In this document: one piece after another, positions 45,959 to 54,833 of the stretch | Numbering within the stretch: position 1 is the stretch's first letter | Layout: the number at the start of each line of letters is the position of its first letter | IMG/VR virus record: IMGVR_UViG_2765235989_000002 | Span: 19,135-83,134 of that record | Strand: one strand, 5' to 3' | Length of the DNA stretch: 64,000 bases | Source of the DNA: a virus | Lineage: Duplodnaviria; Caudoviricetes | The notes under the pieces: generated by a model | What the model was told of the DNA's origin: nothing | Databases searched by the model: none | The model's input: the letters and a program-made list of their open reading frames with translations, nothing else | Translations under genes and position numbers: made by a program

Positions 45959-47521
45959 ATGAGGAAGCGCGTGTCCCGGCCGCGCCGGTTCGCCGCGATC
46001 GACAACGACGCTATCGATCGTCTCCCGTCGGTCTTGGGGGTGGGGCTGCTGACCTGCTTGATTCGAGCGAAGGACGGCGACGACGTCACGGTGGAGAGCC
46101 TGGCCGGCCGGTACGAGGAGGGCGAGAAGTCGCTCACCAAGGCCATGCGATCTCTGGTGGAGGACGCCTACGTCGTCAAGTTCAAGGTTCAGCGGGCCAC
46201 GTCTGAGTCAGTTGTGGAGGACGGGAAGGACGTCGTGAAGCGCGGCGGGTCCTGGTACACGACGTTCACGGTGGACTCGATCCCGTTCAGTCGCGAGGAC
46301 GTGGCGGCGATGGTGGAGGAGATCTACGCGGAGGGGAACGTGAAGTCTCACCGTGTGGAGCCGACGCACTTGGACCCTCGAAACGCTCCAGGATCCGCCT
46401 CAGAACGACCGACCCCGCCGAAAGGGGGTGTCGGTCCGACCTGGGGAAACGCACCCTCCGAGGTGTCCTCGAACGCCGGTTCAGGGTCGCGACCGACACC
46501 CCCCTCAGGGGCCCTCGGTCGACCGACCCCCGGTCAGGGGGGTGCTCATATAAGGAATAAGACTTCTTCCACGCACACGAACTACGAAGACGAGAGCGAT
46601 GCCCCTTCGGGGCGTAGCCCCGTGGACGTCCGTAGGACTTCTTCTACCGGTAGTAGCGCGTGCGCGCGTGAATGCGGCTTCGCCGCGTCCAGCAAAACCA
46701 GCCTGCCCGATCACCAGGAGCACGACCAGATGCGGCCCGGTGGGCCCGGGAAGAGCAGCAGCAAGGCGGCGGCCCGGCATACGCGGGCGCAGCTCGAGCA
46801 GGTGCGGGCCGTCCGGGCGTTCTTCCCTGCGGACTTCCTGGCCGGTCTGCCGGACGTGCCGGCCGTGTCGGATGCCGTTCTGTCGGCGATGGCCGAGGAC
46901 GACCGGACGGTCGAGCAGCTGGGTGAGCGGATCGTGTACCGGTGGGACCGTCATGGCTGGGCGGACAAGCACTATGCGGGGGAGATCCTGAGTCCGGTGG
47001 GTGCGGCGGTGGCGATGGTGCGACCGCTGCGGCGTGGAGACCGGTTCGCGTGTGCGGATCCTCGCTGCGAGAACGGCCGGAATGTCGACACGGGGGCGGA
47101 GTGCCGGGCGTGTGAGGAGCGGATCGCGGACCGGCGGGCGGAGAGGCGCCGCCGGGAGGCGGAGGTGTCTGCTGGCGTCTCAGAGGGCTCGGTGCCAGCG
47201 CAACGGCCCACAGCAGCGAGTTGGTGGGACTGTGCGACCTGTCCCGCGTCGGGGAAGGGTGCTGCGCCGGCGGATGGTGTCTGCCGGAACTGTCGCGAGC
47301 GTCGCGCGGCCGCAGGTGTCGGTGCTGTAGTCGTCGAGGATCTCTCGGGGACGGTTGACCGGGACGGTGCCGATGCGGCGGCGTATGAGGAGTTCGCCGC
47401 TGAGGAGCAGCAGTCGGTAGACGACGGGGCGGAGGAGACGGCCCGCCTGCGGGCCATGTATGCCGCCCAGTACGGGACGTCTGAGCAGCGTGCCGCGTAC
47501 AGCAGCGCCGCGCCGTTCTGA
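45959..47521 (+). CDS. Replication initiator-like protein (N-terminal wHTH, C-terminal Cys clusters)
   Basis: FAAIDN...GLL...EGEKSLTKAMRSL; internal iterons; CADPRC, CRAC, CATC, CRNC. Confidence 0.75.
   Translation: MRKRVSRPRRFAAIDNDAIDRLPSVLGVGLLTCLIRAKDGDDVTVESLAGRYEEGEKSLTKAMRSLVEDAYVVKFKVQRATSESVVEDGKDVVKRGGSWYTTFTVDSIPFSREDVAAMVEEIYAEGNVKSHRVEPTHLDPRNAPGSASERPTPPKGGVGPTWGNAPSEVSSNAGSGSRPTPPSGALGRPTPGQGGAHIRNKTSSTHTNYEDESDAPSGRSPVDVRRTSSTGSSACARECGFAASSKTSLPDHQEHDQMRPGGPGKSSSKAAARHTRAQLEQVRAVRAFFPADFLAGLPDVPAVSDAVLSAMAEDDRTVEQLGERIVYRWDRHGWADKHYAGEILSPVGAAVAMVRPLRRGDRFACADPRCENGRNVDTGAECRACEERIADRRAERRRREAEVSAGVSEGSVPAQRPTAASWWDCATCPASGKGAAPADGVCRNCRERRAAAGVGAVVVEDLSGTVDRDGADAAAYEEFAAEEQQSVDDGAEETARLRAMYAAQYGTSEQRAAYSSAAPF
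46406..46570. repeat. Iteron-like repeats plus AT-rich patch (candidate origin)
   Basis: CGACCGAC(A/C)CC at 46406, 46490, 46520; inverted copies near 46424 and 46515; then ATATAAGGAATAAGACTTCTT. Confidence 0.7.
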
Positions 47522-47553
47522 CCTCACGGTGGCACGCCGCCCAATAGAATCAC

Positions 47554-47583
47554 CATGAAGCGTTGCCCATTCAATGCTTCATG
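47554..47583. promoter_or_regulatory. Palindromic operator copy 2 overlapping a promoter
   Basis: CATGAAGCGTTG-CCCATT-CAATGCTTCATG; TTGCCC-N18-CATCCT. Confidence 0.7.
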
Positions 47584-47707
47584 TGCCATCCTGGGGATGG
47601 CTCCGGGCCACCACACCTTCCACGGACGGGTGGCCCGGATCCGCCGTAACCAGCGGGATCACTGACACGACCGCGAACCACCTGAACCCGGAAGAAAGGA
47701 ACCAGTC

Positions 47708-47965
47708 ATGTCACGCAGCTTATGGGGCCGGAACCGCGAAGAGCAGGACGCCTACGAGGCCGGCCACTCCACATGGCGAGCCGCCCGCCAGCGGCTGGAC
47801 GACGCCCTCGACTCCCAGCCCTACCGGCCCGTCGGCACCCCCCTCACCCCGGAGCAGGACGCCGCGCACCGGGCCCGCAGCGCCGAAGTCCAGGCCGAGA
47901 TCAAGGACGCCCGCGCCGCCGAGAAGGAAGCCCGCGCCAAGCTCAAGTTCCCCTGGGAGAAGTAG
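47708..47965 (+). CDS. Small coiled-coil protein with TTA at codon 5
   Basis: GAAAGGA RBS; ATG TCA CGC AGC TTA. Confidence 0.75.
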   Translation: MSRSLWGRNREEQDAYEAGHSTWRAARQRLDDALDSQPYRPVGTPLTPEQDAAHRARSAEVQAEIKDARAAEKEARAKLKFPWEK

Positions 47966-48007
47966 CTCAGTACCCGCCGATACGCCCTACTGATCAGTGC
48001 CCCTCAA

Positions 48008-48050
48008 GTCGGCCCGTCACCGCACAGGGTGACGGGCCGGCTTTCGTTTA
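48008..48050 (+). terminator. Intrinsic terminator
   Basis: CGGCCCGTCACC / GGTGACGGGCCG followed by TTTCGTTT. Confidence 0.8.
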
Positions 48051-48096
48051 CTCAGGCATGCGCGGCGCGGCCCCGCTCTGTGTCCTGTCGTTCGCG

Positions 48097-48537
48097 TTAC
48101 GGGGCGGCCTGCTGGCCGGGCAGATAGACCATGACCCCGCCGGTGATCGGCACGCACCGGGTATCGGCCGGGAGCTGGGTAACGAGGCACATGGTCTCGT
48201 TCTGTCCTCCCGAGCGGATGCGCTGGAGGTGGTCGCGGCCGTACAGGATGGTCCCGGGGTCCTCCATCGTGCCGGTGATGCACAGCACCGGATCCGGCAG
48301 GAACGTGCCGCCACCAGCACGGGCGACGGCCAGCTCGGCGTCGTTCGCCTCCGCGGCAGCGTTCTCCAGCGGGGTCTGGCACTGCGGGCACAAGATGAGG
48401 GCCAAGCGTCCCCCCTCCCACTCGCCTGTCCAGGTCGAGGCGGCCTTGGACGTGAGGTCCCTCGGGGCGTAGCAGCCGCACCGGGTGCACCGGAGCCGCT
48501 TCCCTATGCGTGTCTGCGGGCGCTTCTTTCGACTCAT
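48097..48537 (-). CDS. Zn-finger hypothetical protein
   Basis: CTRCG...CPQCQT. Confidence 0.6.
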   Translation of the reverse strand: MSRKKRPQTRIGKRLRCTRCGCYAPRDLTSKAASTWTGEWEGGRLALILCPQCQTPLENAAAEANDAELAVARAGGGTFLPDPVLCITGTMEDPGTILYGRDHLQRIRSGGQNETMCLVTQLPADTRCVPITGGVMVYLPGQQAAP

Positions 48538-48777
48538 GTTCGGTCAACGACTGTGGGGCGGGCCGGTATTGGGCAGGTGGGTTTCGGAAACAGGCACTTA
48601 CGGAACCCCGGTCAGGAAGAAGTGCCAGAGGTGCCCCGCCGCCCGCTCCCGACACGCCGAAGGGAAGTTCGGAAACGGTTTGGTCCGCTCGAGATTCGGC
48701 GCTCTGCCGGTGCCGCCCGCTACCGTGGTCATGCACCAACCGGCTAGCCGCGTACCGCCGGTCGCCGCTCAGCCCGC

Positions 48778-48908
48778 GCCCACGCCGCGGGCAGCCCCGC
48801 AAGGGGGCGGCCAAGGTCTCCAGGGGCCCGCGTAGCTCACCACTCGCCTTGAGCGCGCTGTTCGTTCTCCTTCTGTGGCCCCTGACGTATGGCCGGAGGA
48901 GCGTGGGT
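48778..48908 (+). ncRNA. Structured leader RNA candidate 1
   Basis: Nested stems GCCCACGC/GCGTGGGT, CGGCCA/TGGCCG, CAGGGGCC/GGCCCCTG, GCTCA/TGAGC; GCAA tetraloop; apical loop CCACTCGCCT. Confidence 0.55.
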
Positions 48909-48928
48909 CTGTCCGGCTGGGAGACGTC

Positions 48929-50506
48929 ATGCCGAAGAAGCAGCCGACCGCAGCGAAGCGAGCCCGCACCGCCGCTCGCGCCGGCGCCAAGTACACCACC
49001 GCCCTCCGACACGAGACGGGCGCTCATCCGCTCCCCCCTCACCTCGACATCTTCGACACCGACGCGCTGGATGAGGGCGACCGGATGGTCGTGGACGGCC
49101 TGCGGGCGCTCGCGGCCGAGGGGCAGCCGTTGGCCGTGCGCATGGCCGAGCCGGACCCGGAGGTCGTGGAGGCCCGGATGCGGGCCGAGGAGAAAGGCGT
49201 CACCCCACAGTGGACGCGGTGGGCGTCGGTGGAGGCCGCCGTCGATGGCTACGTGCTGCGCGAGACGCAGTACGGGCCGAACCGCTCCGGCTACACCTCG
49301 ACCAGCCGCGGGCCCCGGGTGCCGGTGCCGGTCCGCGCGGCCGACGGCACCGTGACCGTGGTGGCGATGCCTGAGTGGGCCCGGCTCCACGAAGGCCAGT
49401 GGATCTGGGAGCACACCGGCTGGCCCGTGGAAAGGCCCGGCCGGATCGTGGACCCGCCGCAGGAGTTCTCACCGGCGCCGGGGCTGCGCTGGCAGGTCGC
49501 GGTCTGGGTCGACCTCGGGCACGAGGGCAAGGTGCTGGGCGAGGACTACGGCGGCGGCACCTCGGCCTGGAGCACCGTCGGCTGGTGTACGAGCCGGGAC
49601 GACGCACGCCTGATCGCCCGCGCGTACACCGCACACCGTGGCGACCATGCCCGCGCCGACGTCATCGAGCACGGCTCGGACAACGGGATCGTCTCCGTCG
49701 CCAGGGACACGTACCTCCCGGCCCCGGACGCTCCGGCCCGTCCCCGGCCGCCCGCCCTGGGCGAGCAGCGCGGCACCCTCGCCGCAGGCCCGCGCCCGGC
49801 CTCCCCGGACCGGTCCGAGATCCCCGAGCCCGCTTGGTACCAGGGGGCGAAGCAGCCGCCGAACTCGTCGCTGATCGTGTGGACCGGCACCGGCTGGCGC
49901 ACCCTGGTGTGGACCGACTGGCAGTCCTCGAACATCGCGGCCGTGCTCGGCATCGGAGCCGGCGGCCCGTACGAGTGGGCGGAGTCGTGGGGGCCGCGCC
50001 ATCCGGACCGGGACCTGCACGACTGGACCCAGGAGGGCCGCGAGCTGACGCGCCGGTTTCCGGAGCCCACCTACCAGGAGCGCACGAAGCTGATCGACGC
50101 CATGCGCCGCGCTCACGAGGACGCCCTGGTGGACGCGCTCGCTGATCGCGGCGGCCTCACTCAGGAGCAGGCAATCGCCCGGCTCGCCGAGGGAGGCGAG
50201 AAGTACCGCCACGTCCTGGCCGTGGGGCAGGCCGCCATCTCCCGGGCCCTGCATACCGCCCGCCGGGCCCTTCCCGAAGGTCCGGAGCGTACGGCGGTCC
50301 GGCACGCCCTGGCCGACCTCATGGACCGCCACCTGCTTCCCGCCGACGCAGAGCGCATCGCCAACCAACAGCTCGACTCCGAGATCGAAGCGGACCGCGC
50401 CCCCGGCGTCACCGCCTGGTGCCGCCGGGCGGTGGCCGAGTACGTCTCCCCCGCGCCGGACCCGGTGGCGGCCGGCGTCGACGGATTCCGCGCCCAGGAG
50501 AGCTGA
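48929..50506 (+). CDS. Trp-rich hypothetical protein with basic N-terminal helix
   Basis: MPKKQPTAAKRARTAARAGAKYTTAL; 525 aa; GGAG RBS. Confidence 0.75.
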   Translation: MPKKQPTAAKRARTAARAGAKYTTALRHETGAHPLPPHLDIFDTDALDEGDRMVVDGLRALAAEGQPLAVRMAEPDPEVVEARMRAEEKGVTPQWTRWASVEAAVDGYVLRETQYGPNRSGYTSTSRGPRVPVPVRAADGTVTVVAMPEWARLHEGQWIWEHTGWPVERPGRIVDPPQEFSPAPGLRWQVAVWVDLGHEGKVLGEDYGGGTSAWSTVGWCTSRDDARLIARAYTAHRGDHARADVIEHGSDNGIVSVARDTYLPAPDAPARPRPPALGEQRGTLAAGPRPASPDRSEIPEPAWYQGAKQPPNSSLIVWTGTGWRTLVWTDWQSSNIAAVLGIGAGGPYEWAESWGPRHPDRDLHDWTQEGRELTRRFPEPTYQERTKLIDAMRRAHEDALVDALADRGGLTQEQAIARLAEGGEKYRHVLAVGQAAISRALHTARRALPEGPERTAVRHALADLMDRHLLPADAERIANQQLDSEIEADRAPGVTAWCRRAVAEYVSPAPDPVAAGVDGFRAQES

Positions 50507-50591
50507 CACGGGCCTGTGCCCGGTCACGGCAGTTCCCCTCTCCGTCAGTGTCGTGCAGTACAGTCAGGTCTGCGGTCGCTGACCGTGGGCC

Positions 50592-50729
50592 CGGCTCGTG
50601 GCCCGGTACGTTCGGCCCCAGACCGGACGCGTTCAACCGAAGGTGCCCCGCGCCGAGCCGCCCTTCCACCGCATTGCCTCCACTGGTCTCGCTCTTGACG
50701 GCCGGTGAGTCTGGGGATCACGCGAGCCG
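50592..50729 (+). ncRNA. Structured leader RNA candidate 2
   Basis: CGGCTCGTG/CGCGAGCCG, CCCCAGAC/GTCTGGGG, GAAGG/CCTTC stems; CCACCGCATTGCCT segment. Confidence 0.5.
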
Positions 50730-50747
50730 CAGAAACGAGAGCTTGAG

Positions 50748-51383
50748 ATGCCGAAGGACCACGCGCGCAAGAAGGCCTTGACCGACCTCAAAGACGAGCT
50801 GGGCATCAAGCACGCCTGCGCCATCGCGCTCCTGGACCACCCCGACATCGACGAGCGGCGTCTCCTGGTCGAGTACCTGGCGGAGTACGTGGACATCACC
50901 ACGTACCGCGAGGCGGTCGACTACCTCCGCCAGGAGCAGGCCAATCCGCTGGACTACGAAGGACCGACCATGACAGATCAACTCCCCCACGACCCGTACA
51001 TCAGCGCGGTCGCTGAAGCCTTCGCCGCCTACGACATCACCGTCATCGACGGCGGCACCAGCACCCAGGATGGCGAACTCCTCGAGGGCTGGATCACGTT
51101 CGCCCCCTCCAACATCTCGCCCGACACCTGGCAGCACGGCGTGCACCTGGGCTGGGACCAGAACCGCGGCTGGCACCTCATCGAGAGCGGCGGCGGGCGG
51201 AACGTTCACGAACTCGACCCCGAGGCCGTCTTGACCTACTCCAGCCCCCAACAGGTCGCCTGCTCCGCAGCGAACGCGCTACGCGGCTACCTGTCGACCG
51301 GCCCCATCACCGACGGCTCATGGCGGACATGGGACTCCCGCTCGGTAGAGGCAGCGGTCGCAGCATGGACCGCGGACGCCTGA
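50748..51383 (+). CDS. Basic N-terminal helical domain fused to a DUF6292-like domain
   Basis: MPKDHARKKAL...LGIKHACAIALL; HLGWDQNRGWHL. Confidence 0.7.
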   Translation: MPKDHARKKALTDLKDELGIKHACAIALLDHPDIDERRLLVEYLAEYVDITTYREAVDYLRQEQANPLDYEGPTMTDQLPHDPYISAVAEAFAAYDITVIDGGTSTQDGELLEGWITFAPSNISPDTWQHGVHLGWDQNRGWHLIESGGGRNVHELDPEAVLTYSSPQQVACSAANALRGYLSTGPITDGSWRTWDSRSVEAAVAAWTADA

Positions 51384-51475
51384 CGTGCCGCTCGCGGCTG
51401 AACCGGGCTCGCCGTCAGCTCTCTGGCGCTACCCTGGCAGTAGGAAGCGCAGTAGCAGAGGAGAGGGGGCCCGGG

Positions 51476-51784
51476 ATGGGGCACGAAGCGTGGACGGTGG
51501 ACCGACTCCATCACGCCCTCCCGCACTCTGCTCTCCGGCAGCAGCTCCTCCACGACGTCAACCTCACCCCCATCGAGGCCCTGCCGGCCGCCCTCGACCG
51601 GTGGACAAGGGTCGTCGAACAGCTTGAGAACGAGGCGCCCGGCATCGAAGCCGCCCGCACCGCCGCCAAGGTCGGCCACCTCCTCCCGTCGCACCTGACG
51701 GCCCCAGGCGCCGGTGTCACCGACCGGACCAGCGACATCCTCCACGACGCTGCTGCTCGGCGGCGCGGCCAGGGCGCCGCGTGA
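51476..51784 (+). CDS. Putative antitoxin (DUF6247-like)
   Basis: WTVDRLHHAL...ALDRW; GTGA-coupled to the RelE-like gene. Confidence 0.65.
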   Translation: MGHEAWTVDRLHHALPHSALRQQLLHDVNLTPIEALPAALDRWTRVVEQLENEAPGIEAARTAAKVGHLLPSHLTAPGAGVTDRTSDILHDAAARRRGQGAA

Positions 51785-52032
51785 CCTACCGCCTCGCGTT
51801 CCCCGCCGACGTCTTCGACACCTACAAGCAGCTCCCCGACGCCGCCCGCCGTGACCTCGCCGTATGCCTCGTCGACACGCAGGAAGACCCGCTCGCACAC
51901 TCCGAGCCGTACGGGCAGGACGACGGCATCATCCGCACCGTCGCCCGCGGGCACGTCACCGCCGTCATCCTCATCGGTACAGACACGCAGACCCTGACCG
52001 TCCTCACCATCGCCTACGCCGGTCCGCACTGA
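51781..52032 (+). CDS. RelE/ParE-fold toxin
   Basis: MTYRLAF...QLPDAARR...EDP...LTVLTI; 83 aa. Confidence 0.7.
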   Translation: MTYRLAFPADVFDTYKQLPDAARRDLAVCLVDTQEDPLAHSEPYGQDDGIIRTVARGHVTAVILIGTDTQTLTVLTIAYAGPH

Positions 52033-52045
52033 AGGCGAGGCAGAC

Positions 52046-52336
52046 GTGGCAGCCAAACGCATGACGGACCGTGCCGCCCGCACGCTCCTTGAGTCCGCCG
52101 AGCTGGTGAAGGCACCGGACTGGTCCGAGACCCATCGCTGGCATGTGGTGGCCGACGGGAAGACCTTGATCGTGGTGGCGCCGTCCTACGGGGGTGCTTC
52201 CCGTACGGGGCGGAACGGCTGGCGCTGGTGGCTCGCGGACCTCGGCCCCAGCAAGAGCAGCGTCCACCCCACCCGGCAGACAGCGGCTACGGCGGGGCTG
52301 GCCGTCTGGCTTCGGTGGATCACCCGCCCCGCCTGA
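52046..52336 (+). CDS. Hypothetical protein
   Basis: PSYGGASRTGRNGW; Trp-rich. Confidence 0.65.
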   Translation: MAAKRMTDRAARTLLESAELVKAPDWSETHRWHVVADGKTLIVVAPSYGGASRTGRNGWRWWLADLGPSKSSVHPTRQTAATAGLAVWLRWITRPA

Positions 52337-52344
52337 CCGGACAG

Positions 52345-53106
52345 CTACTCGGGATCGGGGCCGGCCCCTTCGACGTCCTCAGCAGGGCGCGGCACGAGAC
52401 GATCCCATGACCGGTTCGCCGCAGTCCCCGCAGCCGAAGCCAGCGCCGCCGGCACAGCCGAGTCCTCCGCCAGCTCCTTCAGCGTCTCGTTCTCCACCAC
52501 GGCCTGCAACGACAGCAGGAACACGACTGCGGCGACGAACCAGTAGAACAGGCGCCGCTGTTCCTCCCACGACAGCCCGCGTCCCTGCGTTGCGGCGAAG
52601 ACCCGAGCGGGCTCCTCCAGCTCGTCGAGAAGCCCTTCCGGTACGGCCGAGAGCCCCTCGTCCAGGTCCTCGTCGTCGAGGCTGTACGTCTCGTCCAGTG
52701 CCCGCACCACGGACAGGTAGGCGTCCCCGCCCACGATGCCGCTCAGGTCGAGCTGAGCGGTCGCCCGGGCCAGCGTCTCCGCCAGGCCGGACCCTGCTAC
52801 CGCCCGGGCCACAATCTGCTGGTGGAACTCCGCCGAGGCCAAGGCGGCGGATGCCGCCGCGGCCGCTCGCTGCATGACCGGCTGGTTCTGTCTGAGCACC
52901 GCAGCGACCTGGGCCATGCCCATGTAGGAGGTCCGGTGCATCCGGGCCACCTGCTCAGCCACCTGCTGCCCGACCACCCGCTGGGCCAGTTGCTCGCCGA
53001 CCGCAGCGGCTATCCGCGCTCCGATGACGTTCAACCCCGGTACCGCCACGGCCGATGCGTCCTGTGCCGAACTCGGCTGCTGGTTTCTGCTGTTCTCGTT
53101 GTCCAT
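52345..53106 (-). CDS. Hypothetical protein with C-terminal TM helix
   Basis: LFYWFVAAVVFLLSL. Confidence 0.65.
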   Translation of the reverse strand: MDNENSRNQQPSSAQDASAVAVPGLNVIGARIAAAVGEQLAQRVVGQQVAEQVARMHRTSYMGMAQVAAVLRQNQPVMQRAAAAASAALASAEFHQQIVARAVAGSGLAETLARATAQLDLSGIVGGDAYLSVVRALDETYSLDDEDLDEGLSAVPEGLLDELEEPARVFAATQGRGLSWEEQRRLFYWFVAAVVFLLSLQAVVENETLKELAEDSAVPAALASAAGTAANRSWDRLVPRPAEDVEGAGPDPE

Positions 53107-53171
53107 GCCGGGACTCTGGCACAGAACTGCCTCTCCGGGATCAGGAGGTACGCATGTCGCCACAAACAAGA

Positions 53172-53203
53172 ACCCTAAGCATTGCATGCACAATGCTTAG
53201 GGT
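53172..53203. promoter_or_regulatory. Palindromic operator copy 3 overlapping a promoter
   Basis: ACCCTAAGCATTG-CATGCA-CAATGCTTAGGGT, perfect 13-bp arms; TTGCAT-N18-AATACT. Confidence 0.75.
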
Positions 53204-53338
53204 GTAATACTGGTTCCGTTGACCTTCCGGGCGCCACATTCGGCCTTGGGAGAGCAAGGCAAGCGCAGATGCCGATCCGCGACACCCTGAACTCGCCCCG
53301 TCACCCAACTCGCCCTGCCCCAACTCCTGAGGAGCATC

Positions 53339-53578
53339 ATGACGACCATCCCTTCCGCTCGTGCCCGCCTGTCCGCGTACATGGCTCACAAGTCCGATGC
53401 CGACCAAGCCGAGTTCGAGCGGCGTGTCGACGCCGTCGTGGCAGAGGCTACCGAAACGCTGCGGGCCCGGGTCGCCGAGCTGGAAAAGGACGCCGCTTTC
53501 CTCCGCGCCCTGGAGGCGGCGGGCGTGGACAACTGGGAGGGCTACGACGACGCCTGCGAGATCGCGAGCGGCAGCTGA
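53339..53578 (+). CDS. Small phage protein
   Basis: GAGGAG RBS; LEAAGVDNWEGY motif. Confidence 0.75.
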   Translation: MTTIPSARARLSAYMAHKSDADQAEFERRVDAVVAEATETLRARVAELEKDAAFLRALEAAGVDNWEGYDDACEIASGS

Positions 53579-53651
53579 GAGTTCCCTCCCTCCCCAGCAT
53601 CAGGTGGGCCCGTCGAACGGGGCGGGCCCACCCCACCCCTTAAGGAGCGTC

Positions 53652-53987
53652 ATGACGAACATCTCGCTCACCCCGGCCGTGGCGTTGACCCGTCTCCGCC
53701 GGTACGAGGAGCGCACGTCGACCTGGTCGACAGCCTCGTGCAACGACGGCACGGAGAAGGCGCTGCACCAGATCGCGGTCACCCTGGCCGTCGAGGTTGA
53801 GCGGCTGCGGAAGGCCCTGCCGGACATCAGCGAACAGCAGGAGATCGTCGCACAGGCCATTCGCGACTTCCGGTTCCACAACTACGGACTCGACAACGTC
53901 GACCCGAACAGCGAGTACGCCGAGTGGGTCGGAGACCTCGCGAGCGCCATCGTCCGGGCGCTGTCCGCCGAGGAGACCACACCGTGA
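53652..53987 (+). CDS. Hypothetical phage protein
   Basis: TAAGGAG RBS; EVERLR coiled coil. Confidence 0.7.
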   Translation: MTNISLTPAVALTRLRRYEERTSTWSTASCNDGTEKALHQIAVTLAVEVERLRKALPDISEQQEIVAQAIRDFRFHNYGLDNVDPNSEYAEWVGDLASAIVRALSAEETTP

Positions 53988-54202
53988 TCATGCGCCACCA
54001 CACCCCGCCGTCGCCGTTCGGTTGCCGCTGGTGCGGCATCGACCGCAGGAGCCACGGCCGCCAGTGGGTCGCGTCCCAGGGCATGCACGCCTGGGAGCGG
54101 CCGACCGACGCACAGATCCTCGCCCGCATACGCGCCCGGAGGGCAGCTCAGAAGGACCGGCCCGTATCCGACCTCCTCAACTCCGGGAGGCAACGAGCAT
54201 GA
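53984..54202 (+). CDS. Small Cys/His protein
   Basis: PFGCRWCGI..RSHG...MHAWERPT...ILARIRARR. Confidence 0.7.
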   Translation: MIMRHHTPPSPFGCRWCGIDRRSHGRQWVASQGMHAWERPTDAQILARIRARRAAQKDRPVSDLLNSGRQRA

Positions 54203-54615
54203 GAGCTCTGACACTGAAGTACCCGTGGAGCGCCGCTGTCGCGTACGGCCCGAAGCGGATCGATAACCGGTCCACGCCCATCCCGGAGAAGCATCTCGGC
54301 ACCACGGTCTTCATCCACGCCGGCGCCGGGGAAGACGAGAATGTCCTGCCCGCCGACATGGTCCGCGCATGGCCGCGGCATTCCCGAGCGGTCGTCGCCG
54401 TCGCCACCCTCGCCTCCTGTCACCAGGCGGCGAAGCCCGTCTGCTGCGCGCCCTGGGGATTCCCCAACGCCTGGCACTGGGTCCTCGAGAACGTCCGGCC
54501 CGTTCCGCACCCGCCACGCCCGGTGCGTGGCCAACTCGGGCTCTGGACCGTTCCCGCCGAGGTCGTGGCCGCCGTACAAGGGCAGGTCGACATTCCGTTG
54601 TCGGTGGGCTCGTGA
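54199..54615 (+). CDS. ASCH/PUA-domain protein
   Basis: MRALTLKYPW...GPKRIDNR...IHAG...RGQLGLW. Confidence 0.85.
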   Translation: MRALTLKYPWSAAVAYGPKRIDNRSTPIPEKHLGTTVFIHAGAGEDENVLPADMVRAWPRHSRAVVAVATLASCHQAAKPVCCAPWGFPNAWHWVLENVRPVPHPPRPVRGQLGLWTVPAEVVAAVQGQVDIPLSVGS

Positions 54616-54833
54616 GGCGGCGGGTGTCGAAGCGGGAGATCCTGCGCCGTCTGGAAGCCCTCGAGGCACTCCTCAACCAGCCGCCTGCCCGGATCGCCGG
54701 TCAGACGGCCCTGCCGATGGGGATGATCGGGCATCACACGTACGAGGGCCCCGGGGCATGCCGGGCGGATCTGTTCGGCACTGTGTGCGGGGCGCACCGG
54801 GACGCGCACGAGTTCGTCGACGACGGCCGGTAG
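54612..54833 (+). CDS. Small His/Cys protein
   Basis: GTGA coupling; HTY...C...CG..RDAH. Confidence 0.55.
   Translation: MRRRVSKREILRRLEALEALLNQPPARIAGQTALPMGMIGHHTYEGPGACRADLFGTVCGAHRDAHEFVDDGR

Noticed and set aside
53172-53203. 13-6-13 palindrome as a loxP-like crossover site
   Set aside because: The three copies have different spacers, which would block tyrosine recombination between them, and each overlaps a promoter; an operator fits better.
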